From Perkinsus olseni (lineage: Eukaryota), in NCBI GenBank assembly GCA_013115125.1, contig JABANN010000009.1, positions 62,001 through 126,000 on the forward strand: a DNA stretch of 64,000 nt. Reading direction: 5' to 3'. The position numbers and the translations under genes were made by a program. Shown piece by piece: positions 1 to 11,565 of the stretch (within the stretch, counting starts at the first letter, position 1; the number at the start of each line of letters is the position of its first letter). The notes beneath the pieces are model-generated. The model saw only the letters and a program-made list of their open reading frames with translations, did no database searches and was not told the DNA's origin.

Positions 1-784
1 AGGGAAGGTAAGGTCTAAGGGGACGGAGAAAGCATTCGGTCGGCCATGAATCGCCTCCTGCTGGATCGAGCACGCTAGCAAGCCGCTAGCTGTATTCCGA
101 TAATGGTCGGTTGTCAGGGGCTTTTCATGCAAGTTATCCGCAGACAAAAAGCTGGTATGAATTAATAATAGTTTAATCCTAGTGATGGTTATCACAGGTT
201 AGAACCACTTCAATCGTTTTCTGGTCACCAGCAGATGAAAGACCAACCGCAACAGGAAAGAATTTTCTCTTTTTTCCATACTCAGAACTTCTGAGTAAGA
301 ATTGTGTCCAATGTCCCCCTTCCGAGTCAGACGGGCTGCTCGAAAATTACGTGAAATTAATGACCCGTGAACGGCCTTCGGACATACATCGGAGCACACA
401 TGACGATGATGATAATTATGTTCATCTAAGGATTATATTCACGCTCTCTTGGCTTCCGGGTGGTTACACTCAGTAGCCACAGAACCCATCAAAACTCCGC
501 CGAAAGCAGCAAGAAGGGCAACGGCCACCTTGTGTTGGTATAGAGATGACCGTCTGCACTGTCTCACGATCATCTCCGACCACCAGGAAAAAATCGCCGT
601 TCTCGCGGAGAAGTCTGAGGCAGCAGCATGTGTACGGCAGTAGTCGTTGGCTCTATACAAAGGGGGACGACAGGGCGACGGAGCGATCGGAAAAGTTTGG
701 TGATTTCGACCGAATAGAATTTTTCACGGGAGGAGCTCGGCGAAAAAAGAGATAACACCAGCAAGAAAAGCTCTACAGCCATAA

Positions 785-1105
785 TTACACAGCGCATTGA
801 GGGATCCAAGTTTTTTGAGAAAAGCGGACGGAAAGGTATTCATGCCCATCGAAGGCTGACCTCAAGGAAAGTACAGTCTGTCTGTTGTACAGCAGTCCTT
901 TCAAGGTGGCACTCCTCATGGTGATGACCGATCCAAAGCAGTCAGGCCTCTCTGAGTCATCAATCATGGGAGCGGCTCTGAAATGCTGTCGAGGCAGCAG
1001 TTTCCTGAGCATCCCCTCCTGCACGAGTACTTCAACCACCGGTCTCGAGAAAAGAATCTCGCCTCTGGCTATTCGACAAGCTCTGAAACCCAATGCCCCC
1101 TGAAG
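785..1105 (-). CDS. possible exon(s) of a hypothetical protein
   Basis: Open frame GALGFRACRIARGEILFSRPVVEVLVQEGMLRKLLP... begins after a plausible ttcttcag acceptor; no recognisable domain and full gene structure unresolved. Confidence 0.25.
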   Translation of the reverse strand, partial: LQGALGFRACRIARGEILFSRPVVEVLVQEGMLRKLLPRQHFRAAPMIDDSERPDCFGSVITMRSATLKGLLYNRQTVLSLRSAFDGHEYLSVRFSQKTWIPQCAV

Positions 1106-1921
1106 AACTCATTCGTTGTTCGATCGAACAACGGTCAAGCCAGTCAATATAGATGTGTTCCTCGATGTTAACGTAGATAGAGCCTCAGGCTGGAAGTCCA
1201 GCTACAATAACACTGATGAAGCCATCAGCTAGGGCTAGGGTTCCATAGTTGTGAACCGCCAAGACTGCAGGGCTGGACTAACTGTAGAGGACTCAGGAAG
1301 GTTGCAGCCAGGTTCCCCACCATGTTAACGATCAGGAAGCTCAAGCGGTAAATGCTTAGGGGAATCGAGAGATCCTATCTATCGTCACACTGATAAAGTC
1401 AGCAACTAGCGTCAGGCCAAGCTTAGGTTTCATAGTTGTGCGCTTGCACGTGCACTACCTCATGGCGGTAGGTGTAGTTATGGGACATAACATAACTATT
1501 AGGCCCACAGTGAACTAGATAGAGCAGATAGAAAGTAGAGTAGTTGAGAGAGTAGATTGACAATACAAAGCTAGTATGGGCACAGCTAGATTGTGTTATG
1601 TGGACAGTGCACACAACTGCACTGGTCAACGGCTACTTCAACCCAAGGGCCCGACTCGAACCCAAGACCGGCTGGTGATGGTAAAAGACTCAGAGATTGT
1701 TGTGGTTGTTATTATTGTTGTTGTTAAGATTGTTAAGCAATGGTCATCAGTAAATTGAAAGACAATCGCTCTCCATCGGTTACGAAGTCAACGTGATAAC
1801 CAACACTACGGCTCATCCTTCTATAATGTACAAGCTACGATGACTGTGTGATGAGGGATGGGCAGGGAAAGGCTCAGAGTCAACAATGAGGGCAGCATGA
1901 CGAAAATGAGGACAACAGAAT

Positions 1922-2558
1922 TCACTGCGACTGCTGATCTTGGCTTGACTCCCCTTGCGAATCTTTCTCAGGATGTCTGTTCTCGAACGGGTGGACCTGG
2001 TGAGTTCGGAAAGGTGTGGCATGACCAATCAGACTTGACGAAAAATTACCGTAATTTCAACATCGGCAACCCTGTGAACAGGTCCATCAGCCAAGATGCG
2101 CTGCACCGACTCCGAGTCCGCCATCAGAACGAAACCGAGGGAGGCTGGGCGAGAGCGAGTTCTCCTGAGAGAGACCGAATCCGGTACATGCCGACGCTTG
2201 AGCAACTTACGTAGTGTCATTGGGCCCGGGTTGCAACTGTCTCGAATGCGCCACCAGAACCTTTCGAACCTGAAAAAAATACAAAAGTGAAATCATAAAT
2301 GAGCGGAGCGAAGCAGCTGACGATCACCTGTCCGTATTCCTCAAAGTACTCCCTCAGGAAGGCGGGTGACTTGAATCCAAATTTGTGGATACGACGAACA
2401 ATGAAGATACAATTCTCATCCTCCTCATCAAGCTCTTGCAAGAGGGTTCTGCAAAGTGCAAGCTTCAACCTAAGATACCCTGCAGCTACGCCCACCTCAG
2501 CGTCTTGCCAGGCCCCTCATGAGCCGCAGCTCCTTGCTGCTGCGAGATCTGCTGCTGC

Positions 2559-2601
<43 letters not shown>

Positions 2602-2978
2602 GCTTATGATGGTGATGCCGACCACCCCTATGATATCCCTCGTCACGCTGTGGCTGCTGCGGGCGTTCCGGGGTAGAGTAAGCGTTCCCTCGGGCACCGT
2701 CAACGCGACGGCCTCTCTCGGGCTGCCTCCGATACGCCTCCTGCTGCTGCTGCTCCGCTCCGCCGTTGTTGTAGTTGCCACCCCGAGCGCTGTCACCTGT
2801 ACTGGGCGGGCCAGGCTTATTATGACGGATGTCCGCGTAGCACAGGTTGTCAGGATCAACCTAAGATCCGCGTGCCAGAGTGGGAATCCCCGACCTCTCT
2901 TACATTCTCCGCGTCCCGCACAAAGTAGCCGACTGGCGGCAAGATCATATTCCCGGAGGACTCCCTCTGCAGGACCAT
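1922..2978 (-). CDS. polyQ-containing protein with a C-terminal RRM-like RNA-binding domain (spliced)
   Basis: Exons joined at GT-AG: MVLQRESSGNMILPPVGYFVRDAEN / VDPDNLCY...HHHHKQQQQ / ...LCRTLLQELDEEDENCIFIVRRIHKFGFKSPAFLREYFEEYGQ / ...RPASLGFVLMADSESVQRILADGPVHRVADVEIT / VHPFENRHPEKDSQGESSQDQQSQ*. IFIVRRI and LGFVLM resemble RNP2/RNP1. Confidence 0.7.
2548..2602. repeat. (GCT)n/(GTT)n microsatellite encoding polyQ on the minus strand
   Basis: About 14 tandem GTT units preceded by GCT units. Confidence 0.95.
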
Positions 2979-3496
2979 CGGAGGGGCTGAGACAGAAAAG
3001 GAAAGCTAGAGGTGTCAGAAAGTCGAAGCATCACGACTCGAGGTACAGAGTTATATTTACTCTAGAGATCCTCTCACGTCTCGGAACTGGTACGAAAGTT
3101 CTCCGGGGAAAAATCCCCAACGACGTCCACCAGGCAAACGAAGAGATAATCACAGCCTTCTATATACCCGCCAGAGGACCATCCAAAACAGCACGTCTAA
3201 CGCTATGCATAGCACTCATACTAGCAAGTTGCTAATTAGGGTTGCTAGTAGCAATCCGGTGATATGTCTTGATATCCACACCCAGGAGTGCAGTCTTGAC
3301 ACTCTGGGAAGGGACTCAAGAATCCACCGTCGTTCGAGTACATTAAGTTCCATCATCAGCATACTGTATATGAAAAACTACCACAAATTTGAATAAACTC
3401 TACCATTTTAATGCCACATAAATATTGTTATTCATACCACAACATTAGCAATTCTCTCTCAGAAGGATCTCCTCCTACTCCCGCCCGTGGATCGCT

Positions 3497-4248
3497 TCAC
3501 TCAGTGAAAGACAACCGTTCACCCGCTTCCAGGAAAGGCGACCATCGGGCCAGCCCCTGAGTATTACCCATATTCATCGGCGACATCTGTACTGGATTAA
3601 GCATAGGAGACTGAGGGACTCCACCGTCAGAAGACATAGAGCATACACTGCTCGTCGGAGAGCCACCACCCCTCATCATAGCTGGGTTGCCCAGGTACGC
3701 TCCGTAGTAGGGCGCAGCCACTGGTGACGGGGACGGATAACCCTATCGGAGAAATCAGAATCATCAAGAAATTCGGTACAAGCATACAGTCCAGCGCAGG
3801 AGACATGTCCACAGCTGATCCGAGCCATTGATTAGCGGAGCGAGACAGGGTCGATCAGATCATAAATTTGTAGTGCTTGACCAGTGTGAGTAACACGGGA
3901 CAGACTCCCCGCTGCGTTTCGCTTCTACCGGGCTTATCTTCGATGACTGATTTCAAATCCTTGGCGATCCTGGCCAAGGCACCACTGGGAAGAGCGTCGG
4001 GTTCGCGATCGATTGGGATCACCGTGTCACTTGAAGATACGGGGATCTTTTTTCTTTGGAGTGCGCTACGAAATTTATTCGCAGCCTAGCGAAACGGGAA
4101 ATGACGAATCAGAGTAATAATTTTCATAATTATATTACACCACCCGACCCTCCTGTATTACGTAGGAATGCTGTTGTTGTTGTTGCTGTTGTTGTTGCGG
4201 GATGGCTCCGTAGGGTAGCTGATACACAGGAGCGTAGTCTCCCATCGC

Positions 4249-4281
<33 letters not shown>

Positions 4282-4813
4282 AGGTTGGGACGGGTAGCTT
4301 CCAGGGGCCTAAATCCAGTAAGTCCGCAACACACGAGCTCACAGCCACTAAGACTCCGGAAAGGTGATTCCGACGACGAGTCCTACAGGTTGGGATGGCG
4401 GAGAAGGGTAAGGTGGTCCCACTCCAGTATAAACTGGTGATTGCAGTGGCGGGCCGTAGCTCTGTGGCTGAAGCACCAACGCTAGAAATCCCTCGAGATC
4501 GAGTCCCGAAACTTACGTATCCGATAGGGGCGAAGCTGCCAACTGAACGTACCGAGCCAGCCGGAGACTGAAGACACGCCATCGCCTTCTTGCAAAAGTC
4601 CCCCAATTGTCTTATTACCTGAGGAGCCATTTGAGGCGTCCCTGGTGGAGCTGGTTGATACATAGTCTGGTAGTACGCTACGGGAGTCCCTGGCTGAGAC
4701 ATGGGCGTCCCGGGCTGAGGCGACACCTGACGGTTCTCGCAGGAGCCTATCGGCAGTCGCTCTTGCTGTTGCTGCTGCTGTTGACTCGGGTATGCGTTAT
4801 TGTTGGCATACAT
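3497..4813 (-). CDS. low-complexity Q/P-rich hypothetical protein (spliced)
   Basis: MYANNNAYPSQQQQQQQERLP...PGTPMSQPGTP start, (CAG)n polyQ near 4251-4280, exon ANKFRSALQRKKIP...ARIAKDLKSVIEDKP, last exon GYPSPSPVAAPYYG...RLSFTE*. Confidence 0.65.
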
Positions 4814-5451
4814 TATATAATAGTTGAGGTTAGTAGTAAAGTAAATGAGCCTTTACGACAACAAAAAGAGGAAAACTAAAGGACAGCTAGAGGTGTCAAA
4901 ATCACGAGTCCTCGTCTAACTCGGCACCTTACGAAAATAGAGAACACGATAGGTACCATGGCACACCGGTAGTACATGAAAACAACGAGTACAGGGAGAG
5001 CGAAGGCACGGACGGTAGGGGGCCCCGGAGAGAAAGAGCAACCCTAACTGCTGCCGGATAGCAAGGAAGGCAGCTACTCTCGAGCGCAAAGGGCGACGAC
5101 TCAAGCGCATTCCGTGACACCGAAACACCATTGAGTGCCTCTCGTGTCCAGCCTTCCTTACTCGAACGGCGGCCCCGCGAGGGCATCACTGGCCATGTCA
5201 TTAATGCCAAACATCATGATGCTGACGGGAAAGGTGAAGTAGAGGAGGCCGAGCCAAAACCTCCACGTCGCTAGAAGATCCAATCGACCGCCGAGAGGGA
5301 TGAGAGGGATAATACGGCAGGATGATAATCCATATAATGGGTCGTGATAGCTTCATGTAGAAGTTGACGCGGGATAGATCTAGCATGGGGAGGGGAGCAT
5401 ATATTGGTTCTAAGCCTTGGAGCGAGAACTCTATGCGAAACGGAAGAGAAA

Positions 5452-5490
5452 TGCCGGGTGTGGGGATCGAACCCGCGCCTTCCCAACGGT
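5452..5490 (-). other. tRNA-derived 3' fragment (T-arm/B-box), not a full tRNA
   Basis: Minus strand GGAAGGCGCGGGTTCGATCCCCACACCCGGCA; no matching 5' acceptor strand or D-arm found. Confidence 0.55.
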
Positions 5491-6454
5491 TGACGGTTCC
5501 AGCTGCTTTCCCAAAGGACCTTGTTATCTTTTCCTCGTCGGCGAAATCCAGCGAAAGCCGATAACTTTCAGAGATCTAATCGGCCCTGGCGTTCTCAAAT
5601 TTGGCACCATAGTTTTGGTCGCCTCGCGTGTGTGGTTCGAGGGCGCCCGTAGGGCGCGCAAGAAATGCCACGTGCAGGTAATCGCATGTCACTCATTCTG
5701 AAGGTAAATTCATATTCTCAAGGAACTTACTGAATTCTATCGGAGGAAAATCTCGCGTACACCCAGCACAGTTGTCAATTCCGCATACGGAATTCCGAGT
5801 AGGGTTTACTTATGGTCATGAAAAATCCATGACACTGAAACTAGTCCTCCATCTCCTCGGGGAACTCATCCCTTGAGTTCGAATGTGTCACTGAACACGT
5901 ACGCTCCAGTGCCCCGTGCTGGTCTAGTGTCCGACGAGCTTCAATTTGAAGCCTTCAAATCTCCGAACTGTCTTCAACTCGGGCTCCTTGTTTGAGTCCA
6001 GAACCAACCTAAGGATACGTTTCTACTGCCTACAAGCTCGTATCTTCAAGTCGACCGCGGATCGAACAGATAAGGTCGCTTAGGGGGCCTGCCCGCGCAA
6101 CTCCACCGGGGGACAGAGAACTCTTTGGCGCGCCTTCCTGCTGAGTGACGTGACGCGTGTTCTTAAGCTGTTCGTTCACTGACAGTATCGTTTTTTTATT
6201 CATCAGTCGAATCGATCTCCTTCAAGTTTGCTCCCACCGAGAAGACTTTGAACGGATTGATTGATTGGCTTTGAGCCTTTCGAGTGCTCTTCAATAGTCC
6301 TAGATTCATCTTTTACACGTTACATTCAATTCTGTTAGTCAGGAGGGGTCTATTGGGCTCTCCCAATTATTGAACGGATTCATAATCTCGATCGTCATTA
6401 AATGACGGTGAGAAAATTTTTCTCTCTCTCCCTCAGGCTTCTCCAGTGCTCACT

Positions 6455-7303
6455 ATGGCCCGCCTCATCGTCATTTTCGCTGCCATCGTCGGTGTGTGCT
6501 ACGGTAGTGATGACGACCTGTCAAACGACGACACTCTCAAGTTCGCGGGCCTCCTAGGCGATCCTGATGTTCGTCAATTCATCGACGGCGTCTTTGCTGC
6601 TGCTGATGTACCAGATGACGTGACCGACTCTGCCCAAGTTGGGGCCGCCGAAGGCCGAAGTCTCAGGGATGTGGCTGCGAACGCGTCTGCGAACGCGTCT
6701 GCGAACGCAACTGCGAATGCAAGTGCATATAGCTACGAATATGTCCTGTGTGATAAGTGTATCGACATTAATTCCATGGCCATCGGCAACTACCTTGTCC
6801 AGACGATTCAGTACGCTTGCTTCTGGGGTCCTCTCGCGTCCCCATCCGCGGAGATCTTCTGTGGGTGCCTCAATAAGGGTATCATCTCGCTCGACCAGCA
6901 GCTGAACGGCTACATCTTCACACAGGGCCGTGGCCGTCAGCTTGCGATTGGTATGTGCATTGGCACTAAACAGTGCTCGCAAAAGGACGCCTTCAACTCC
7001 TACTTTAACCCTATCATTCCCAACAAACTTGTCAACTTCAAGAAGTACAGAGATTGCCCCGGCCCTCCCTACCTTTCGTTCGACGCCTGCCTCAGTGACA
7101 TGCTACCAAGATTGCTCTCATTCGCTGCTGACGAGTTGCATAAAGCTTGTCATGAGTATTATTATTATGATTATGACTTGCAAAACTTTTGTGACTACTA
7201 TCACGTCGACGAGCACTTCGCTTACGGTATGGTGCTAGCTTACGTGGACGTCCATCAATATGCGGAGGGCTATTGTCTTCGTGACTATCTCTCATCAAGC
7301 TAA
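6455..7303 (+). CDS. single-exon secreted cysteine-rich protein of unknown function
   Basis: 282-aa ORF from ATG 6455; signal peptide MARLIVIFAAIVGVCYG, acidic pro-region, (ANAS/T)x4 sequon repeat, many Cys; polypyrimidine/AG tract just upstream. Confidence 0.85.
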   Translation: MARLIVIFAAIVGVCYGSDDDLSNDDTLKFAGLLGDPDVRQFIDGVFAAADVPDDVTDSAQVGAAEGRSLRDVAANASANASANATANASAYSYEYVLCDKCIDINSMAIGNYLVQTIQYACFWGPLASPSAEIFCGCLNKGIISLDQQLNGYIFTQGRGRQLAIGMCIGTKQCSQKDAFNSYFNPIIPNKLVNFKKYRDCPGPPYLSFDACLSDMLPRLLSFAADELHKACHEYYYYDYDLQNFCDYYHVDEHFAYGMVLAYVDVHQYAEGYCLRDYLSSS

Positions 7304-8738
7304 AAACGCTCAGAAGTGACTTGCGTTAAGCACTTGGACTGAAGAGGGCCTCGTGTCCCCGTTAGTCGCGAGTCATTCGTAACTAGATTTTTATCACGCC
7401 AGAGTATTCTCATCGACTCGTTCGCTCTGATTGAGCTTTTTCGTTTTATTTCATTTTTTCCGGATTGGTGTGGTCCAGCAATTGGTAGTGATCGCTCTGA
7501 AGTGCTTCCAAACTTGTGGCGTTTATGAGGTTTTTCACAACATCTTATTGAGTGGTGTTGAGCACAGTAGTCGAATGTGGCAGCCGATGGTATCTCCCTC
7601 CATGAGCGGTGAACGCTCGTTAGCTCAGCGGGTTCAATTATGTCACATAATTTACGTGTAACTAGGGGGCTGTCGGTAGGCGGACCGCTAGTAGTATCGC
7701 TGGAAGGGTAGTGTGGAAGGATGGGTCGTGAACCGTGATGTAAGAGTTCTGTTCTGAACGCCAGCATGGCTGGTCGGACGATATCAGTCACGGATTCCGT
7801 GATACGAGAGCACTCGGTAGTTTTCATTCTCATCGGCGCTTGAACTTTAGTCGCTCTGCCCGTACGATTGCGGGAACACGAATCGCTGGGAGCGGTCGGA
7901 TGCAGCGAGGTCGTACGACGGACTCCGAGTCGAGTTGTCGCAAGTGAATTGGTTTTGAGAGGAGCCCAGGCTCAGCAGGTGAGCTGCCCTGGGTTCTTGG
8001 GGCTCCTCCATCTCATCGTACGAATCTGGTTGTATGACTTCATGCCTTGCATACCCGCGGGTTGATTTCCTAGGCGATGATTTTGTAACTCGTGGTGCTA
8101 GTTTGTTTGGTGTTGAGTATCTTAATGGCTCTGCGGAAATGCCGTCTCACTCGTACTGTATGAGTTCGAGTAGTTTATCGTACATTGATCCTGGATTTGA
8201 AACATTCATCAGCAGTGGTTCCGAGAACGACAGATCAGTTTGTTGATACTCTCCTCTAATACGCGGGTCTGCGTGTGATACTGTCAAACTCGGATAGTGC
8301 CGAACTAGCAGACAGCTTGTTCTGAGACAGGATTCATGCGCTTCTGAGGGTTGGCGACACCCGGGGCGTCACGCCCCTCGCTCGGATTGCGATAGATAAG
8401 TCTCAGTCTGAGTATTTTGGGGGATACTCGCCTGCTCATCTCCGCGCGGAGCGGGGATCGTTGTTTTTGACTCAGCTGATTTTTCCAGTCCCTTGGTCGT
8501 TCAGACAATCAATGCTCATGACCTTCCCCAAGCGGTTCGCCGGGCTTCTCCTCACAGTGAGTTTCATTGCGGCCTCCATTTCTACTCAGTGAGAGAAATC
8601 GGATCTTCTTCGGAAGATCCGATCAGCCGTATATTTTCGAGCTCACGAAGATCATCTTCCCTTGTTGTTACGGACCGTCCGCGGGACTGGATACTCCTCT
8701 CGGTGGCGTCGCACGGTTTAACTGCTTCGTGTGTAGAT

Positions 8739-11388
8739 ACTCTGTCTCTCTATCGCTGGGAGCCGCGGGGAGTCCGTGATTCTGAGTAACGGCGTCGAAA
8801 TGCCGGTAGTTGGCCTTGGCACCTTTATGTCCAAGGGTGATGAGGTGGAGAAGGCGGTGTACTCTGCGCTTCAACTAGGATACCGGCACATAGACACTGC
8901 TGATTTGTAATCTGGGTGGGTCGGAGGGAGGTGTTTACTAGCATGACTGTCGCACAGATATATGAACCATGAAAGGGTGGGCAAGGCTCTTAAGCGGGCT
9001 ATCGATGATGGAATCGTCAAGCGCTCTGAAGTATTCCTGGTCTCAAAACTATGGCCGACAGATTATCGGGCCGACGTAATGCGACCCAGGGTCGAAAAAA
9101 TGCTTTCCGATCTGCAAGTTGGCTACTTGGACCAACTGCTGCTGCACATGCCGGAGGCTTGGGATTATCCGGGGGAGTCGGACGAGTAAGAGGGTGAATC
9201 TGATGCGGTTTAGCGGGCGTCAGTATGCCCGGAACGCGGACAGGCTATGTGTGAGCGTCGTGTTTTGCTATTGATACAGTGGTGGGGCGTGTTCTACAAC
9301 TTTGGAATTTTAAAAGGCTAATTCATTCCGTAGATTCTCCACACGAAGGTTCGGTAGAGTCACATGATTGACCATCCACTAGAGTCAGTCTGAAAAGTTG
9401 GGCTGCCGAGGTTGGATTGTCGTTCAGTTACAGTCGCTTCTTCCCGACGACAACTGAAGGGCTCCCTGCGGTCAATGCAAGCCATGACCTCGTCGATACT
9501 TGGAGGGTGCTGGAGGGGCTATGCGAGGAGAGGAAGGTAGTCTGACTAGGGGCCCCCTATTAGAGGGAGTGAGTCACTTCATCGCAGGTCGGGGAGCATG
9601 AATCTTCGTGTACTCTGTGGGTCTCTTGTTAGGAGTAACGACATTCGTTCATGCCAGCTGTAAATCTTGTCGAATTGCGGTGCTCGTTGCGCACAGCTCG
9701 AGCGAATAGACTGTCTGAGCTGCACGTTCGTATATACTGCAGTCTGTGATTGCCCGGTTGAATGAAAGTTCTTCATGTCCTCCTTTCATTCGAGGCTCTC
9801 AACTCGACATTCTCTTGCCCCTAAAATTGAGAATCTCGTAGTAATCAGCCTCGCAACTGTCCGCTGCGGTTGTGTTGAGGTATGCATTGTTCGGCCAATC
9901 TTGGCCAGAATTTCTAAGGGCCTCAAACTCGGCTCGCCACGCCTCTTGCATTGCTGGCTTCGTACTGAGGTAGCGGAGGGGAATCGGTCGTCAGAGTATT
10001 TAGTCTGACGAACCCGAACAACAGACCGCTGCCAGGGTTCGCCTTGGACTCTCACGACCATGTATTATCGTTGCTAAGCCCATGGTCAATTGATTCCATT
10101 CATACAAGTCATAAAATGACTTCCCGGCTCCTACTGCCAGAGCGGGTACCAAGAGAACGTGAGAACCAACGCTATCCACTGGATAGTATCCAGCGCACCG
10201 CCAGTGCCGCACTGGGGCCCCTGTACTTCCATGCAAATTTTCGACGCGATCTGGGTGGCGGTGTTGTACTACCGCACGTCCGCATCTTCGTTCAAAGGTT
10301 CGCTCAATCGGAGTCAGCAACTTTGACATTGTACGGATGAGACACTTGCTGCGTGCGGCTCGGATCAAGCCAGCAGTGAATCAAGTTGAAGTAGTCACTA
10401 GCTAAGCGCTCATTCATCACAAGTCCCTTTCTCGAGGTACATCCCTTTTTGCCACAAAAGGAGTTATTGGAATTCTGCAGAGATGAAGGCGTGGCAATTG
10501 TCGCCTACGCTCCGCTCGGGGCTCCTGCATACCCGTGAGACCTGATTCTCACGAGTCTAGCTACTTTCACGCGAACGAAGGATTTGTTGTTCTAGGTATG
10601 ATCATGATGGGCCCCTGCCTGACGTGCTCAACCACCCCACCATCCGGACTCTCGCTGACAGGCATGGGAAGAGCGCAGCACAGGTAGGCCTCGGGGGCGC
10701 CTGAAGGTACTGTATGCTCACACAGGTTGCGATACGCTGGGCTATTCAAAGAGGGACCATAGTGATACCGAAGAGCGTTCACAGGGCAAGGATCGAGGAG
10801 AATTTGGATGTCTCTGATTTCGAGCTTTCGCTGGATGAGATGGTAAGCATTGCCTTCGGTTCTCTCAAAGGGGATCCCTCGTCCCAATACGGGAATGACG
10901 AAGAGCGATCGGAGCGTACTCCTATTAGGAGTCCTAGCGTCTAAGAAGTACCTCCTAGTACCTATTAGGAATGTTATTACGCGCGTACTCCAGCTGAGTA
11001 AGCTGGAGCTTTCTGTTTAATCTGTCATCCGTTCGCACGGACTGGATGGTATCAGTCGGTCTGTTCTTAGGAGGAGCGGTTTTTTATCCCTCTTGCGTCG
11101 CTTGAATTTCGATAGATCCATGTTGGATCAATAATCGCTGCTAACTTCAACGATTAAGTTAGGCGGTAAGGTTGAGCATCACATGCCCTTCGGCAAGGTC
11201 AGTGACCTCAAGTCACTCGAACGCCGGAGTCGTTGCCGCTCTGTACAGGAGATCTGTGGCTTCAGGCGTATATCGATGATATTGGCCGAGCCCCGGAAGA
11301 TCACATTCGTGCTTTCACCCTTCCCTTTGCTGCGGATGGCAGCAGTATCTTCGAACAGACTAAGTTGACCTTGATGGAGGAACTTTAA
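8739..11388 (+). CDS. aldo-keto reductase (spliced; 5' end uncertain)
   Basis: Exons [16 protein letters not shown]...GYRHIDTA / [11 protein letters not shown]...FLVSKLW...[10 protein letters not shown] / DTWRVLE / VRSIGVSNF...PAVNQVE / VHPFLPQ...AYAPLG / [27 protein letters not shown] / AYIDDIG...LMEEL*; D-Y-K-H catalytic tetrad present. Confidence 0.93.
10172..10193. mobile_element. putative transposon excision footprint, 8-bp site CTATCCAG
   Basis: C-TATCCA-C-TGGATA-G-TATCCA-G, perfect pattern, in an AKR intron. Confidence 0.75.
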
Positions 11389-11565
11389 GTGTTGTATGAA
11401 GATGTGGTTGTTGGATTATCCGTTCAGCGCCAGTCTCTTTGCTTTTCGCAGCGACATGGATTTTTTGTTTCTCTCTGGCTTGTTTTGTGTTACAGTGATA
11501 ACGAAGTCGATTATTCAATTTTTTCGTGAAGGTTTCGTTTCCGTGTGTTTCCTCGTGGCAGGAGG

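Noticed and set aside
2519-3235. 238-aa poly-Leu ORF resembling a membrane protein
   Set aside because: Reverse reading of the polyQ microsatellite in the minus-strand RRM-like gene
5440-5540. Functional tRNA gene
   Set aside because: Only the T-arm and 3' acceptor strand are recognisable; no cloverleaf can be built
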